Positions 29,745 through 44,450 of a stretch of DNA of 64,000 bases are shown in pieces (position 1 is the first letter of the stretch; each line of letters opens with the position of its first letter). The notes under the pieces were generated by a model. That model saw only the letters and a program-made list of their open reading frames with translations, did no database searches and was not told the origin of the DNA. Origin of the DNA: Eledone cirrhosa (Eukaryota); the NCBI GenBank assembly GCA_964016885.1, contig OZ024760.1, positions 14,942,001 through 15,006,000 of the forward strand, written 5' to 3'. The position numbers were made by a program, and so were the translations under genes.

Positions 29745-31647
29745 GTATATATACATATATATAGAAAGAGAGAGGGAGAGAAAGAGAGAGAGGGGTAGAG
29801 AGAGGGGGGTGGAAAGTGAGATACAGGGGGAGAGAGAGGAGGGGACTATAAACGTGTTTATTAATTTGCTAACACTGTTAAGTGGCTATTTCTTTTCATC
29901 AGAATGATCAGTTTCATTGTAAATGTTGTTACTGTTGTTGGTGGTGTTGAAAGTGGTAGTGGTAGTGGTGGTGGTGGTAGTGGTGGTGGTAGTGGTGGTG
30001 GTGGTAGTGGTGGTGGTGATAGTGGTGGTGGTGATAGTGGTGGTGGTTGTGATAGTGGTGGTGGTAGTGGTGGTGGTGGTGGTGTTGATGTTGGTGATAG
30101 TGGTGGTGGTGGGTGTTGATGTTGGTGATAGTGGTGGTGGTGGTGGTGTTGATGTTGGTAATAGTGGTGGTGGTGTTGAAAGTGGTGATAGTGGTGGTGG
30201 TGGTGGTGGTGGTGGTGGTGGTGGTGGTAGTGGTGATGGTCTTACTGTTAGTTCTTGTTGTTGTTGAAGTTATTAGTACTTTTGTTGTTGTTGTTGTTGC
30301 AATCGATGGTCTTTACCTTGTAGTAGTAATTGTTGTTGTTGGAGCAGTTGTTGTTGCAGCTATTGTTGTTGCAGTTTTTGTTGCTGGTGCATATTTTGTT
30401 GTTGCATTTGTTGCAGTCGTTGCAGTTGTTGTTGTTAGTGCAGTTTTTGTGGTTGTTGCTGTTTTTTTGTTGCTGTTGTATATTTTGTTGTTGCATTTGT
30501 TGCAGTCGCCGTTGTTGTTGCAGTTGTTGTTAGTGCAGTTTGTTGTGGTTGTTGCAGATGTTGTTGTTGCAGATGTCGTCGATCTCCTTATTGCAGCCAT
30601 TGTCGAGGTTATCGACCGCAGTCCTTGCTTTAGAAAGAAAAGCCGTTTCATTTACGAAAGATAAACTTACATGAGTTTGCTAAACAAACAAACAACAACA
30701 ACAATAATAATAATAATGAAAGGAAAACTATAAATGTAATAAAAGGGAATCATTGCGATGCATACGTTATATACATTTATTGATAATATTGATGTCTATG
30801 TATAAATGTATGTATAAATATATTTATATACGCACACACACACACACATGTATGTACATTTATATTAAGTTCTCTTTCACTTTGGCCATAATATTAACGT
30901 GTACGAAGTAACATACAAAAAGACTAATTGATCCTACACCCCAACACTTTGAGATAGGTTCAGATATGGCTGTATATATATATATATATGTATATGTGTG
31001 TATGTGTGTATGTGTGTGTGTGTGTGTATGTGTATGTGTGTGTGTGTATGTGTGTGTGTATGTGTGTATGTGTGTATGCATGCATGCATGCGTATGCGTA
31101 TGCGTGTGCGTGTGCGTGTGCGTGTGCGTTAGGTAATTCCGAAGAAAAAGCAAAGGAAAAAAGAGTGCTCTATGTATAGAACAGAGCTATTTAATTATAA
31201 AGTGAACAGCGCAAAATATAACTACTCCATTACCAAAGGTTTCTGGATCCCAGACAATAATAATATACGTCTGGATTGTCACATTAGACAGAGATGTTGT
31301 CTAGGGTCTAGAAACATTTGGTAATGGAGTAGTTATATATTGTGTGTTGTTCACTTTCTAACATATATATATATATATATACATACATATACATATACAC
31401 ACAAATATATACATACATATATATACATATACACACAAATATATATATATACATATATATATATATACACACAAATATATATATATACATATATATATAC
31501 ATATACACACAAATATATATATATACACATATATATATATACATATACACACAAATATATATATATATATATATATACATAGATAGACAGTTCAAGAGTA
31601 AATCAATCTTAAATAGAGAGATAGTGACAGGATAGGAGAGATTGGTG

Positions 31648-31703
<56 letters not shown>

Positions 31704-31744
31704 CTAGACAAGAACCCGAAACGCTAAAATGCTTCCATTATTCT

Positions 31745-31930
31745 TTTGGCAGTATCGGTAGAGGGTCGGACGCCATGCTTTGACGTATGGAGTTACGGCC
31801 CTTGCCACGTTCTGAGTTCAAATCCCGCCAAGGTTAACTTTGCTTTTCATCCTTATGGGGTCGATAAAATAAAGTACCAGTAATACACTGGGTAATTGCT
31901 GGCCTTGTGCCAAAAGTAGAAACAATTATT
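31745..31930 (+). mobile_element. tRNA-derived SINE
   Basis: Full-length match to the family. Confidence 0.82.
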
Positions 31931-32021
31931 CTTTTAAAGCGTTATTCCAATATAGTTTTATTGTAGCGTGTTTCGTGCTAGTTCAGTTCTTTCATCCTTT
32001 TACTTGTATTTTATATATATG

Positions 32022-32081
<60 letters not shown>

Positions 32082-32516
32082 CCATAACCATCATCATCAT
32101 CACCACTAACACAATCACCACCTACACCACAGCTCTAACAGCATTACCACTTACACAATTGCAACCACCACCACCACTACCACCACCACCGTAACCACCA
32201 CCACAACCACCACCACTTCCACCTCCGACTAGCACCACCACCGCCTCCACCACCACCACCACCACCACCACCACCACGACCGCCGCCACCATTTAACCAC
32301 ATTCCAATAGCACTCAACAACAGATGTTAGTCAATGGTAAAATAGATCGACTCAGAGAGAATAAATAGTCTTGCTAGACTCACCTTTGACCTCGTCATAT
32401 TTGGTTTAACTCCCCCCCCCCCCCTCCATACCTACCTCCTGTCTCATCTGGTTGTCTTTCCTTACACACTCTCATCTATCCCTTTTTAAATATATATATA
32501 TGTATATGTGTATATG

Positions 32517-32547
<31 letters not shown>

Positions 32548-32562
32548 ATGTATATAGATATA

Positions 32563-32618
<56 letters not shown>

Positions 32619-32658
32619 CATATATATATGTTAGAGTATATAGATATATGTGTGTGTG

Positions 32659-32695
<37 letters not shown>

Positions 32696-32709
32696 GTATA
32701 TAGATATAC

Positions 32710-32771
<62 letters not shown>

Positions 32772-32804
32772 ATATATATGTATATAGATATACGTGTGTG
32801 TGTA

Positions 32805-32848
<44 letters not shown>

Positions 32849-32883
32849 GCATATATATATATATACGTATATGTATATGTATC

Positions 32884-32914
<31 letters not shown>

Positions 32915-33403
32915 ATATGCATGTATATATATATATATACGTATATGCGTTTGTGGGAGTGTGTGTGTTAGTGTGTGTGTTTGTGTGTGTGTTTCTGGGT
33001 GTGTTTGCGTGTGTGTAGGTACCGAGAAACTGAGCGAGAGTTAATGATATGGGAGGATGTTCTAGATTGTGTAAGTATTGCAATGGGTCTATTACATATA
33101 TATGTGTGTGTGTGTGTGCGCGCGCATGTGTGTGTGTGTGCGTGAGTGCATGTTTGTGTGTGTGTAAATGTGTGTGTGTATATGTGTCCCTGTATGAATA
33201 TGAATTCATATATATATATATGTTTGTGTGTAAATGTGTGTGTGTATATGTGTCCCTGTATGAATATGAATGCATATATATATATATGTGTGTGCGTAAA
33301 TGTGTGTGTGTATATGTGTGCCTGTATGAATATGAATGCATATATATATATGTGTGTGTGTAAATGTGTGTGTGTATATGTGTGCCTGTATGAATATGAA
33401 TAC

Positions 33404-33435
<32 letters not shown>

Positions 33436-33479
33436 AAATGTGTGTGTGTGTATATGTGTGCCTGTATGAATAAGAATAC

Positions 33480-33513
<34 letters not shown>

Positions 33514-33623
33514 AAATGTGTGTGTGTATATGTGTGCCTGTATGAATATGAATGCATATATATATATGTGTGTGTGTGTGTAAATGTGTGTGTGTATATG
33601 TGTGCCTGTATGAATATGAATAC

Positions 33624-33658
<35 letters not shown>

Positions 33659-33953
33659 AATGTTTATATTCTTTGCTTCCTTAAATTGGGTCTGTATAGA
33701 GATGACAGATTTTAAAATGCCTTTTATGTTTATCTGAGAAATTTAACATGAGAACACAATCATTTCATATGTTGAAATGAAACACTGAGTTGGTTTCAAC
33801 GTGCCGTCATCAGAATATACTTGTTTTAAAGCATTTCCAACTGCGAACGCCTGAAGAATTGTATCTCTATACAGCAAAGTCACTGCCAAATTTTACTTCG
33901 TGACTGATACGGCGTGTGCTAGCGTGGATGGTGCAGTGATATTTAATAAAATC

Positions 33954-33986
<33 letters not shown>

Positions 33987-33990
<4 letters not shown>

Positions 33991-34146
33991 TAAGGAACTC
34001 AATACATAGCAGAGTATAAATATTTAATATAGAAATGGCTTCTACGGGACTAGAACTGTTTCATGCGGGAGAAATCATCAAGAAACCGCTTCCTGTTAAT
34101 TTCTCCCGAATAAAACAGTTCTAGTCCTGTAGAAGCCATTTCTATA
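33987..34146 (-). mobile_element. Family B element, degenerate cores
   Basis: Tail aagtaaggaactcaatacatagcagagtat plus inverted arms around the cagttctagtcctgta motif; (TA)n flanks. Confidence 0.72.
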
Positions 34147-34396
34147 TATGTATATATATACATATATACATGTCTGTCTGTCTGCCTGTGCGTGTGCGTG
34201 TGTGTTTTTTTTTGCATCCTTGCATTTCAAACACAGAATAATGAAGAAGAATTTCATAATTGAAGGAATGTTTGGCCCATCAGAGAGTAAAATGAACTTT
34301 TGTTCCTCTTGCTGTTGTTCCATGTTATTTTCCTGTCTAAAGTTACTGATTCCGAATGTGTGTAACTGTGCATATATATGCGTGTGTGTGTGTGGT

Positions 34397-34472
<76 letters not shown>

Positions 34473-34631
34473 AATGTGTATGTAAAAGTTAAACAGAAAT
34501 AACAACACAATCGGTACAGTATATTGAAGGGATATATACATATATCTATATATATATATATGCATATATATACATATATAATCATACATATATCTCTCTA
34601 TATATATATACATATGTATATACACATATAT

Positions 34632-34672
<41 letters not shown>

Positions 34673-34797
34673 TACATATGTATATACATATATATACACA
34701 TATATATATATATACATATGTATATATACATATACACATATGTATATACATATATATACACATATATATATATATACATATGTATATACATATATAT

Positions 34798-34836
<39 letters not shown>

Positions 34837-35112
34837 TACATATGTATATACATATATATATACACATATATATACATATGTATATACATATATATATACA
34901 TATATATATATATATCTATCTATATATATATATCAGAGATGACACCAGACGCCAATGTGATGTATCTTCATAAATTAAATTATATTATATTATCTTATAT
35001 TCGATATATTACACGCATATCCTCATAGTCATACTTTTTAATATGATGATATTACATTTGATACATTTCCCTTCCACAGATAGATTGATAGCTAGTTAGG
35101 TGGGTAGGTATG

Positions 35113-35216
<104 letters not shown>

Positions 35217-35741
35217 TATTTCTTTATTAGCCACAGGGGCACAAAAGAAGGGGACAAATACAAAGGGGGAAGTTTACATACAATAAAAACGTGTAAAATG
35301 TTATCACAGATGGAATTTAAAAGTTAGTCGATTTTCCCCAATAGAGGGAGACAGTTTATATGGGTAACACATACCCCCTAAAAAAATGTGTAACCCTCAT
35401 CTCCTGGAGTACGAAGAGCTTGTACTCCTTTCCTCTCCTCCTCCTTTTCCTCAATCTACAGGCTGATATAGAGAGAAGGCCCATTCACTCGGGCCATTCT
35501 CGCCACTTTCACCCACCTTTCATAAAACTTGCTGGGGTACAGCACCTCTCTCTCCATCCTGATTCTTCTTCCAAAGTGGTATTTGAAAAAAAGAATCAGT
35601 TGTTGGCCGGAGAGAAAGGTGTCTGACCTCAGCCCTTTCAACCTTGTCCACCATACAACCTCTTTCGCCATAGCTATCACACAAAGGAAAACCGCCTCTC
35701 CTTCGTTTTTGAAGGAGGGTGGCGGTTTGATCATGACAATG

Positions 35742-35742
<1 letters not shown>
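35217..35742 (-). mobile_element. 5'-truncated L1/Tx1-like LINE (ORF2 C-terminus, 3' UTR, AATAAA) within (GATA)n
   Basis: ORF 35456-35734 (AKEVVWWTR...ERW) resembles L1/Tx1 ORF2 ends. The 3' end ...gtggctaataaagaaat(atct)n recurs at 8451-8490, 35781-35848 and 59713-59870. Confidence 0.65.
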
Positions 35743-35774
<32 letters not shown>

Positions 35775-37130
35775 GTAGATATATTTCTTTATTAGCCACA
35801 AGGGCACAAAAGAAGGGGACAAGTACAAATGGGGGGTTTACATACAGGTATAGGATAGATAGATAGATAGATTACACACACACATGAACGAGAGTACATG
35901 AGTGTCTGCTTGCATATGTGTGTATGTGTGCTCGTATGTGTACATGTGTGTATGTATATGAACGTATGTGTGCGTATGTGTGCGTATGTGTGCGTATGTG
36001 TGCGTATGTGTGCGTATGTGTGCGTGCGTGTGCGTGTGCGTGTGCGTGTGCGTGCGCGTGCGCGTGCGCGTGTGTGTGTGTGCGTGTGCGCGCGTGTGTG
36101 TGTGTGTGTACATATACGATCGCTCCATTCACACGTCGCCATGATTGCACAAGAATTATCCTAGTTTAACCAAGAAATCAGAGAATTGTTTTGTTACAAG
36201 AAAATGGCCTTCTTTAAGCCAGGTCCTCTTCTGGCACGAGCAGAGCAAAGAATAAAAATTGAATAAATAAAATATAGTGAAAAAAGATGCTAGAGGAAGA
36301 AACAAAATCAATACTGATTGATAATCAATCATTCGTGATCGTTAAACATTCAACACTGACTCTAACACTAGCAGACGACCACTGCCGCCATTGCTACCGC
36401 TACTGTCGCCATTTTGAACAGAATCAACTACAAACGCTGTAACCGCTAGCGGTCAACCTTCACTGCCGCCACCACCGCCACCATCAGCATCACCACCTCC
36501 GTCACCATCTCCATCACTAGCAACACCACTGTCCCCGCCACCACAACCACTCCACCGCCGCCGCCACCATCAGCACCACCACTTCCGTCACCATCTCCAC
36601 CACTACTAACACCACCGCCAACAACAGCACCAACAACAACACAGACGCCACCGCCACCATCAGCACCTCTGTCACCATCTCCACCACTACCAACACCAAC
36701 ACCACCACTCCACCGCCTTCAACCATCCATCATCACCACTGCAACTACCGTCATCACCACCAACAACAGCAACAACAACAACACCGCCGCCACTGCTGCC
36801 GTTGTCACCAATGCCATAACCACTAGCGGTCAACCATCACCGCCCCCACCGCCACCACCATCACCACTGCAACTACCAACACCACCGTCACCACCACCAC
36901 CACCACTCCCTCACCATCAATTGACCATCACCATCACTACCACTACCAACACCACCATCACCACCAACACTCCATCACCATCAATTGACCATCACCATCA
37001 CTACCACCACCACCACCACCACCACCACCACCACCACTCCCTCACCATCAATTGACCATCACCACCACTCCCTTCACCATCAATTGACCATCACCATCAC
37101 TACCAGAGAAAAGCCACCATGTCCATCACC

Positions 37131-37360
37131 TTAACCCTTTAGCATTTAAACCGGCCATATCCGGCCAGAATTCTCTCAGCCTCTTTCTGGCCAAACCAGC
37201 CATAACTAGCCACTCATACTTATGTTAAGGTATTGTTCTCAAAATAAATAACATCAAAATCTCATAGATTCGATATTGTGTGAGGTGATTATGTGAGGTA
37301 AAGCCTTTACTGTGACAATACAATAGTAAATATAGAGTATTGTAGATGGTAGAGGGTTAA
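37131..37360. mobile_element. piggyBac-type MITE
   Basis: TTAA|CCCT...AGGG|TTAA ends around ~220 bp of non-coding sequence. Confidence 0.65.
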
Positions 37361-38242
37361 ACCATCACCACCACCACCACCACCACCACCAGTAATAGTC
37401 AAAATCCACGACCATCATCGTCAACTATTACCATCACCACTAACACCACAACCAACACCGCCACCACCACCAACACCACCACCACTAACACCAAAACCAC
37501 CACCGCCACTAACAACACCACCAACACCACTACCACCATCACCACCACAACCACCAACACCACTACCAACACCACCACCACAACCACCAACACCACCACC
37601 ACCACCACAACCACCAACACTAACAACACCACCAACACCACAACCACCAACACTAACAACACCACCACCACCACCAACACTAACAACACCACCACCACCA
37701 CCACCACTACCACCACCACCACTAACACCACCAACACCACCACCACCACTACTAACACCACCACCACCACCACCACCTCTATAGCATATCATTAAACACA
37801 GCGTTTAAGAAAGACTGGCGGAGTTTAGTTTTATTTAGTTTTGTTAAGGCTTTTTGTGTTATTCTCTTTTATTTTATTTTTGTTTTTTTTCTTCTGTAGT
37901 AGAGTCGTTGTCACGTTTGTCATTAGACAAAGAATGGAGATCGTTTTGACGAAAGCTTTCTTCTCTCACTCACTGTGTGTTTATATGTAAATATAGTGAA
38001 ATAAGAGGGAGAGGGAGAAGGGGCGGGGAGTGGTGAACAGGGGAGTGGGAGGGGTGGAGAGGGGGGCACAAGGGAGAAGAAGAAATCATTCGTGTGCATT
38101 TGTGTGAATCAGTGAGTTTCTACTTGTGAATGTGTGTATGTGTGTGTATATATATATATATATATATGTGTGTATGTACATATATATGTGTGTATGCATA
38201 TATATATATATATATATATGTGTACATATATATGTGTGTGTA

Positions 38243-38280
<38 letters not shown>

Positions 38281-38321
38281 TATTCATATATAGATATATG
38301 TGTACATATATGTGTGTATGC

Positions 38322-38354
<33 letters not shown>

Positions 38355-38408
38355 TATAAAATAAACATATATATAATTACATATTCATATATGTGTGTGT
38401 GTATGAAC

Positions 38409-38452
<44 letters not shown>

Positions 38453-38597
38453 CAAATTAAGATGACAATAGATTTCTTAAATCATTTAATATCTTTACAA
38501 ATGTTTCGATACAAGTTATTCAACGAATGCTTCTGTTATTACAATACAGTATAGTGGAAAAATAAAAATAGAAGAGAAAATATGTTGAGTATAACAA

Positions 38598-38775
38598 ACG
38601 ACCCCGTAAGGATGTAAGGCAGAGTTAACCTCAGCGGGAGGGTCTGAGTTCAAATCCCGCCGAGGTTAACTTTGCCTTTCATCCTTACGGGGTCGATAAA
38701 ATAAAGTACCAGTCGCGCACCGGGGGTCGATTTAATCGACTTTACCCTCGCCCAAAATTGCTGACCTTGTGCTAT
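38598..38775. mobile_element. SINE with an inverted partial copy at its 5' side
   Basis: 38598-38639 is the reverse complement of the SINE body and abuts a plus-strand copy at 38641-38775. Confidence 0.75.
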
Positions 38776-38787
38776 TATTGTAACATC

Positions 38788-38827
<40 letters not shown>

Positions 38828-38834
38828 ATTACAT

Positions 38835-38881
<47 letters not shown>

Positions 38882-38888
38882 ATTACAT

Positions 38889-38919
<31 letters not shown>

Positions 38920-38923
<4 letters not shown>

Positions 38924-39072
38924 AACCAGTAAGACCCCGACGGCTGAGCTCAAGCCGTTTCGACGGCTAATTCGTCGGGGTCTTACTGGTTCCTATTACC
39001 CACTCTACTACCCTAAGTATTGAGTACTTTGGTGCGTTATGGTCCACCTGGTTCCTTACCACATTTCCTTCG

Positions 39073-39075
<3 letters not shown>
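38920..39075 (+). mobile_element. Family A element
   Basis: taggaaccagtaagaccccgacg...cgtcggggtcttactggttccta plus the conserved tail. Confidence 0.78.
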
Positions 39076-39111
<36 letters not shown>

Positions 39112-39115
<4 letters not shown>

Positions 39116-39257
39116 TAAGTTATCCCGGGCCCAATCATAGGTAACCACAGTAAGTAAGGTACTCAATACAAAGCAGAGTATAAACATTTTAATATAGATG
39201 AGATTCTACGGGACTAGAACTGTTTCATTCTTTAGAAATCATCATCTATATTAAAAC

Positions 39258-39259
<2 letters not shown>
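39112..39259 (-). mobile_element. Family B element, truncated within the hammerhead core
   Basis: Full tail, then (minus strand) TGATGAtttctaaagaatGAAAcagttctagtcccgTAgaatctc, with a short inverted arm catctatattaaaact. Confidence 0.72.
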
Positions 39260-39305
<46 letters not shown>

Positions 39306-39316
39306 CATATATATAC

Positions 39317-39434
<118 letters not shown>

Positions 39435-39445
39435 GTATATATATG

Positions 39446-39478
<33 letters not shown>

Positions 39479-39487
39479 GTATATATA

Positions 39488-39524
<37 letters not shown>

Positions 39525-39768
39525 GTATATATATGTATATATATGTATATATATACATATATATATATGTATATATATACATATATATATATGTATATAT
39601 ATACATATATATATGTATATATATGTATATATATATGTATATATATATATATACATACATATATATATATGTATATATATATACACATATATATATATAT
39701 GTATATATACATATATGTGTGTGTGTGTGTGTGTAGATGTAACAATAAATAGTTATAATAAATATATG

Positions 39769-39799
<31 letters not shown>

Positions 39800-40265
39800 T
39801 CAGTCAGACATACATACTGAGACAGCCAAATAGACAGCTAGATAGACAGACAGTCAGACAGACAGACGTAAGAGAGACAAACAGACGTGCAGACCTACAG
39901 ATAGACACAGAGTTAGACTCAGATCACAGATAAACATCTGTTAAGATTAACCTGCAATGAAATACCTCGTCTGTCCATATTGGAGATTCGCCTCTGTTCA
40001 TTTAGGCTGTATTTACTTTACATGGCCTATTCAAGTATCAATATATACTATTTAATTAATCAATAATCGGATAGATCGATACAGATACTTTGAACGTGAT
40101 TTTAACTGAGATTGCTATGTCTACATTCACTTAGACATGTAAATAGATAGTATGTAATTGTGGATTAGATGTATATATGTGTTTGTAGGTATGTATATAT
40201 GTATGGACATATGTATGTTTATATATGTATATAATTAAATTTATACATATATAAGTGTATGTATG

Positions 40266-40323
<58 letters not shown>

Positions 40324-40508
40324 CACACATATACGTGTGTGTATAGAAACATATATATGTGTATGTGGGGAGTATATATATATATATTTATATATATGTA
40401 TGTATAAGCATATAAACATACACATCTATATGTATGTATAAATATACATATATTTAAATATATATATATACATAAATATATATATATATATACATAAATA
40501 TATATATA

Positions 40509-40564
<56 letters not shown>

Positions 40565-40928
40565 AATGACGCATGATTCTGATATTCTCAGACATGACTT
40601 CCTTAATATAATTTTGGGGTGTGTGTATATATATATATATATATACATATTTATACACAGAGAGAGATAGAGAGAGAGAGAGAGATTCAGTGGCTGACTG
40701 GGTCTAAAAATATTGGTTGCCAGGAGATGAAGGAGGCCCACCTACATATCGAATTCTATCATTTAATTTTTATAATGAATAAATAACATTTTCAAAAAAT
40801 ACGTAAGTGGAAACAAAACAGTGCAATCAAATTTTTGCGGAAAAATATCTTACCTTCTTCAATAAAAAATATGAATTTTGCGAAATCCAGAGACTTTTAA
40901 TGATGACTTTAGGTCGTTCACAATCACT

Positions 40929-40977
<49 letters not shown>

Positions 40978-41970
40978 GATTTCTCTATTAGATTTCTCTA
41001 TTATATATATATATATATAACAGAATATGACACAGAAACAAGATGGCGTAGGACAGAACAAAGGAGAGGCACAAAAACAAAGAAAAGAATCCCCAGTCAC
41101 TGAAGAGGTCACAGAATGTGTGACGAAAGAACTATGACAATATATAAACAACCATCTGGTTGTGGAACCAACCAACCAACCGGAAATTTGTAAATTCCTA
41201 AATTTATAAATTTATTATAATAAATTGAAGTGAAAGCAACTGGTGCGTGTGTTTCTTATTGGCAACATGACCCTCCCAAAGTATAACAATATCGATTTCA
41301 ACACACGTTTTCAGATAAAGAATTTTGCTAAACAAATTCAGAAACGAAATATATATATATATGGGAGTGCGTGTATATGTGTGTGAATATATATATATTA
41401 TTTGTTTAAATAATCAAATTCAATTAATTCAACAGTTAAACACACATCTAAACTATAATAAAGGGAGAAGCGCGGCGGGACTGCGTACGGTTTATAATTT
41501 TGTATCCCATTAGTAAAATAAGTTGGATTACTTTGAATAAATAATGAATGAATATTACATAATTTATCTACTAAATTTCGTGGCTGTTCATTAAATATAT
41601 TTTATTATTTATTTAAAGATTCGCTTCTTTAAAATTTTCAAATGTCAACATTTCCGGTGGCGATCGCTTAAATAAACATTAATTTTCTGTCACTAATTTT
41701 CTCCTAATGCAGTTTATATATAATATCGTCTTTTTTTAATGTATCATGGATTATGTTACTGATTACATAAGACAGTGTAACACAGTCTTCGTTCAATTTC
41801 TGTGTATATTGTCAATTACAATTTTATTTGATGTATCATATCTACATGTATATATACTTGTGTATAATATCAATATACACACTACACATGCTAGCAGAAA
41901 ACCACCCGAGGGGATGGTTTTTCTGCTAGTAGGAATAATAAGGTTGTTACCAAAGAGCCAGATTATTGAC

Positions 41971-42424
41971 AAGTCGACCCTAAATATGACTAATAGCTCT
42001 AGGAAACCAATGAAAGACACCACACCTTTTTAAGTTTGATTTTGAAAGTAGGTTTATAATTATTAATTTTCGTAATACTTTTGTAGTTGTCTCGGCGGCC
42101 TAGTTGGAGGAATCGTAGACGGTGGTGATCCTGGTCTAAAGTTCGATCCTGGTCGGGAGTAGGGTTCCCGTTAAACCTTTCTAGTTTTTTTTTTATGGGC
42201 TGTAAAATAAAAACTGAAAAAGACTACATGCACCCCTCGACCAGGATTGAACACAAGACCAGGGTCTCCACCGCCTCTAGTACCTACCGTTAGGCCACAG
42301 AGACAACTACGAAAATCATATGAAAATTCATACTTATAAACCTACTTTCAAAATTTTCAATTCAAAATGATGTGGCGTCGTTCATGTCTTTCTTAATGTT
42401 ATTGCTCCTACTTAAAGTCGACTT
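41971..42424. mobile_element. Foldback/MITE-like element with ~190-bp imperfect inverted arms containing tRNA-like sequence
   Basis: Ends AAGTCGAC...GTCGACTT. Internal complementary blocks tttgaaagtaggtttataa/ttataaacctactttcaaa, gtagttgtctc/gagacaactac and atcctggtcg/cgaccaggat. Confidence 0.65.
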
Positions 42425-42516
42425 CTAAATCATTTGGGTGTTCCATAAACTACTTCCTCGTTTTGTTTCTCTGGGGCCCACATGCATAGGGTAACCTGGC
42501 AACCACCCTTTCTTTC

Positions 42517-42553
<37 letters not shown>

Positions 42554-42598
42554 TGTATAGATAGATATATTTCTTTATTTACCATAAAGGTATCATGT

Positions 42599-42632
<34 letters not shown>

Positions 42633-42731
42633 GTATATATATATCATATATATATATATAAATATACATTTATATATACAGTCATTCGTGTGTGCATACA
42701 TATATAATCTATACAAGTATATATATATGTA

Positions 42732-42781
<50 letters not shown>

Positions 42782-42890
42782 TAGAATAGCTTTCACCGTA
42801 TTTTTTTGACTAAAGACATTTTAGTCTGATAATGGGGTTTAGAACCCTCAGATAAATGGAAAAAGATGAGTATTGATGTACATACTTACT

Positions 42891-42932
<42 letters not shown>

Positions 42933-42933
42933 T

Positions 42934-42986
<53 letters not shown>

Positions 42987-43176
42987 TGTAGATATGTTTA
43001 TATATATGTGAAATATTTTGCAAGGTGTCGAGGAATGCTGTTTCGAGATCATTCTCAGAATATCTTCCTGTAAATACCACAACAAAGTATTTCTTCACTC
43101 GATAGTTGTTTGTCTAACATATTGTGTCATTACTCTTTGTCACTTACATATATTCCATAGGAGGTATATATATATA

Positions 43177-43315
43177 TAGGAAAAAGTATGAGCCCGACGG
43201 CAGAGCTCTGCCGTCGGTGTCATACTTTTTCCTATTTCCCACTCAACTACCCTAAGTATTGAGTACTCTGGTGCGATATGGTCCATCTGGTTCCTTACCA
43301 CATTTCCTTTGTTAT
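43177..43315 (+). mobile_element. Family A element folded exactly at the GAGCTC palindrome
   Basis: ccgacggca-gagctc-tgccgtcgg hairpin plus the conserved tail. Confidence 0.75.
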
Positions 43316-43407
43316 ATATATAATATAACATAATATAATATAATATAATATAATATATATATATATATATATATAATATAATATAATATATATCTGTATA
43401 TATATAT

Positions 43408-43714
43408 CTAGGGCGGGTAAAATTCCCGAGATCCATGGACGAGTTCTCTCCAGCGGTCTCTGTCCCTCATTATCGCTGCCTTGTCCTGCGTCTCCAACAG
43501 ACCAGTGTCTGTCCTTAGGGCATCAACATACGTCTACCTTGGTCTTCCTCTTCCAATGTATCCATGTAGGGTCTCCCAGTACAATGTCAACATTAATCAG
43601 TAAACACTGAGGATGAAAAACTCAGAGCTGTATGGGAGCCTCCCAAAAGTCAGCTCAAAAGTGACACAGAGGAGACTGAGGTTAGCTGGACATGCTCACC
43701 GACATCCAGAGTTG
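43408..43714. mobile_element. RTE/RTE-X-type LINE 3' end with an inverted 5' segment
   Basis: Minus 43408-~43590 encodes LYWETLHGYIGRGRPR*TYVDALRTDTGLLETQDKAAIMRDRDRWRELV. Plus ~43590-43714 encodes KNSELYGSLPKVSSKVTQRRLRLAGHAHRHPEL. Confidence 0.75.
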
Positions 43715-43749
<35 letters not shown>

Positions 43750-43852
43750 CACATATATACATCAACCTCTATATATATATGTATCTATATGTCTATCTAT
43801 AATATATATATATAGAGAGATCTATATATATTCACACAAATATATTATATAC

Positions 43853-43970
<118 letters not shown>

Positions 43971-44372
43971 CGTGTGTGTGCGTGTGCGTGTGCGTGTGTA
44001 CAGACACGTGCATCTCCGCACCACACACACATATATGCAATCTAGTTGTCTAAACTTTCCATTGTCGAAATTGATACGTTTTCTTGATGGCAACTGTGGG
44101 TGGGCACACATTCACACACACACACACATATATATATATATTATATATATATACACACACAAACATATATATATGTATATATATATATACACATAAACAT
44201 ATACATATATATATATATATACATAAACATATATATACACTTCCTTGCACGTAGTGATACCACACAGGCATACATATGTATTTAGATACATATATACATC
44301 CATCCTTATATGTATATATACATGCATATATATACATGTATATATATACATGTATATATGTATATATATATG

Positions 44373-44450
<78 letters not shown>

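Noticed and set aside
33770-33825. Minus-strand CTGATGA-cggcacgtt-GAAAC hammerhead-like core
   Set aside because: No complementary stem I after a plausible NUH triplet and a weak stem III, so not called.
42088-42165. Functional tRNA gene
   Set aside because: A/B-box-like motifs are present, but I could not build a convincing cloverleaf and it lies in an inverted-repeat arm.
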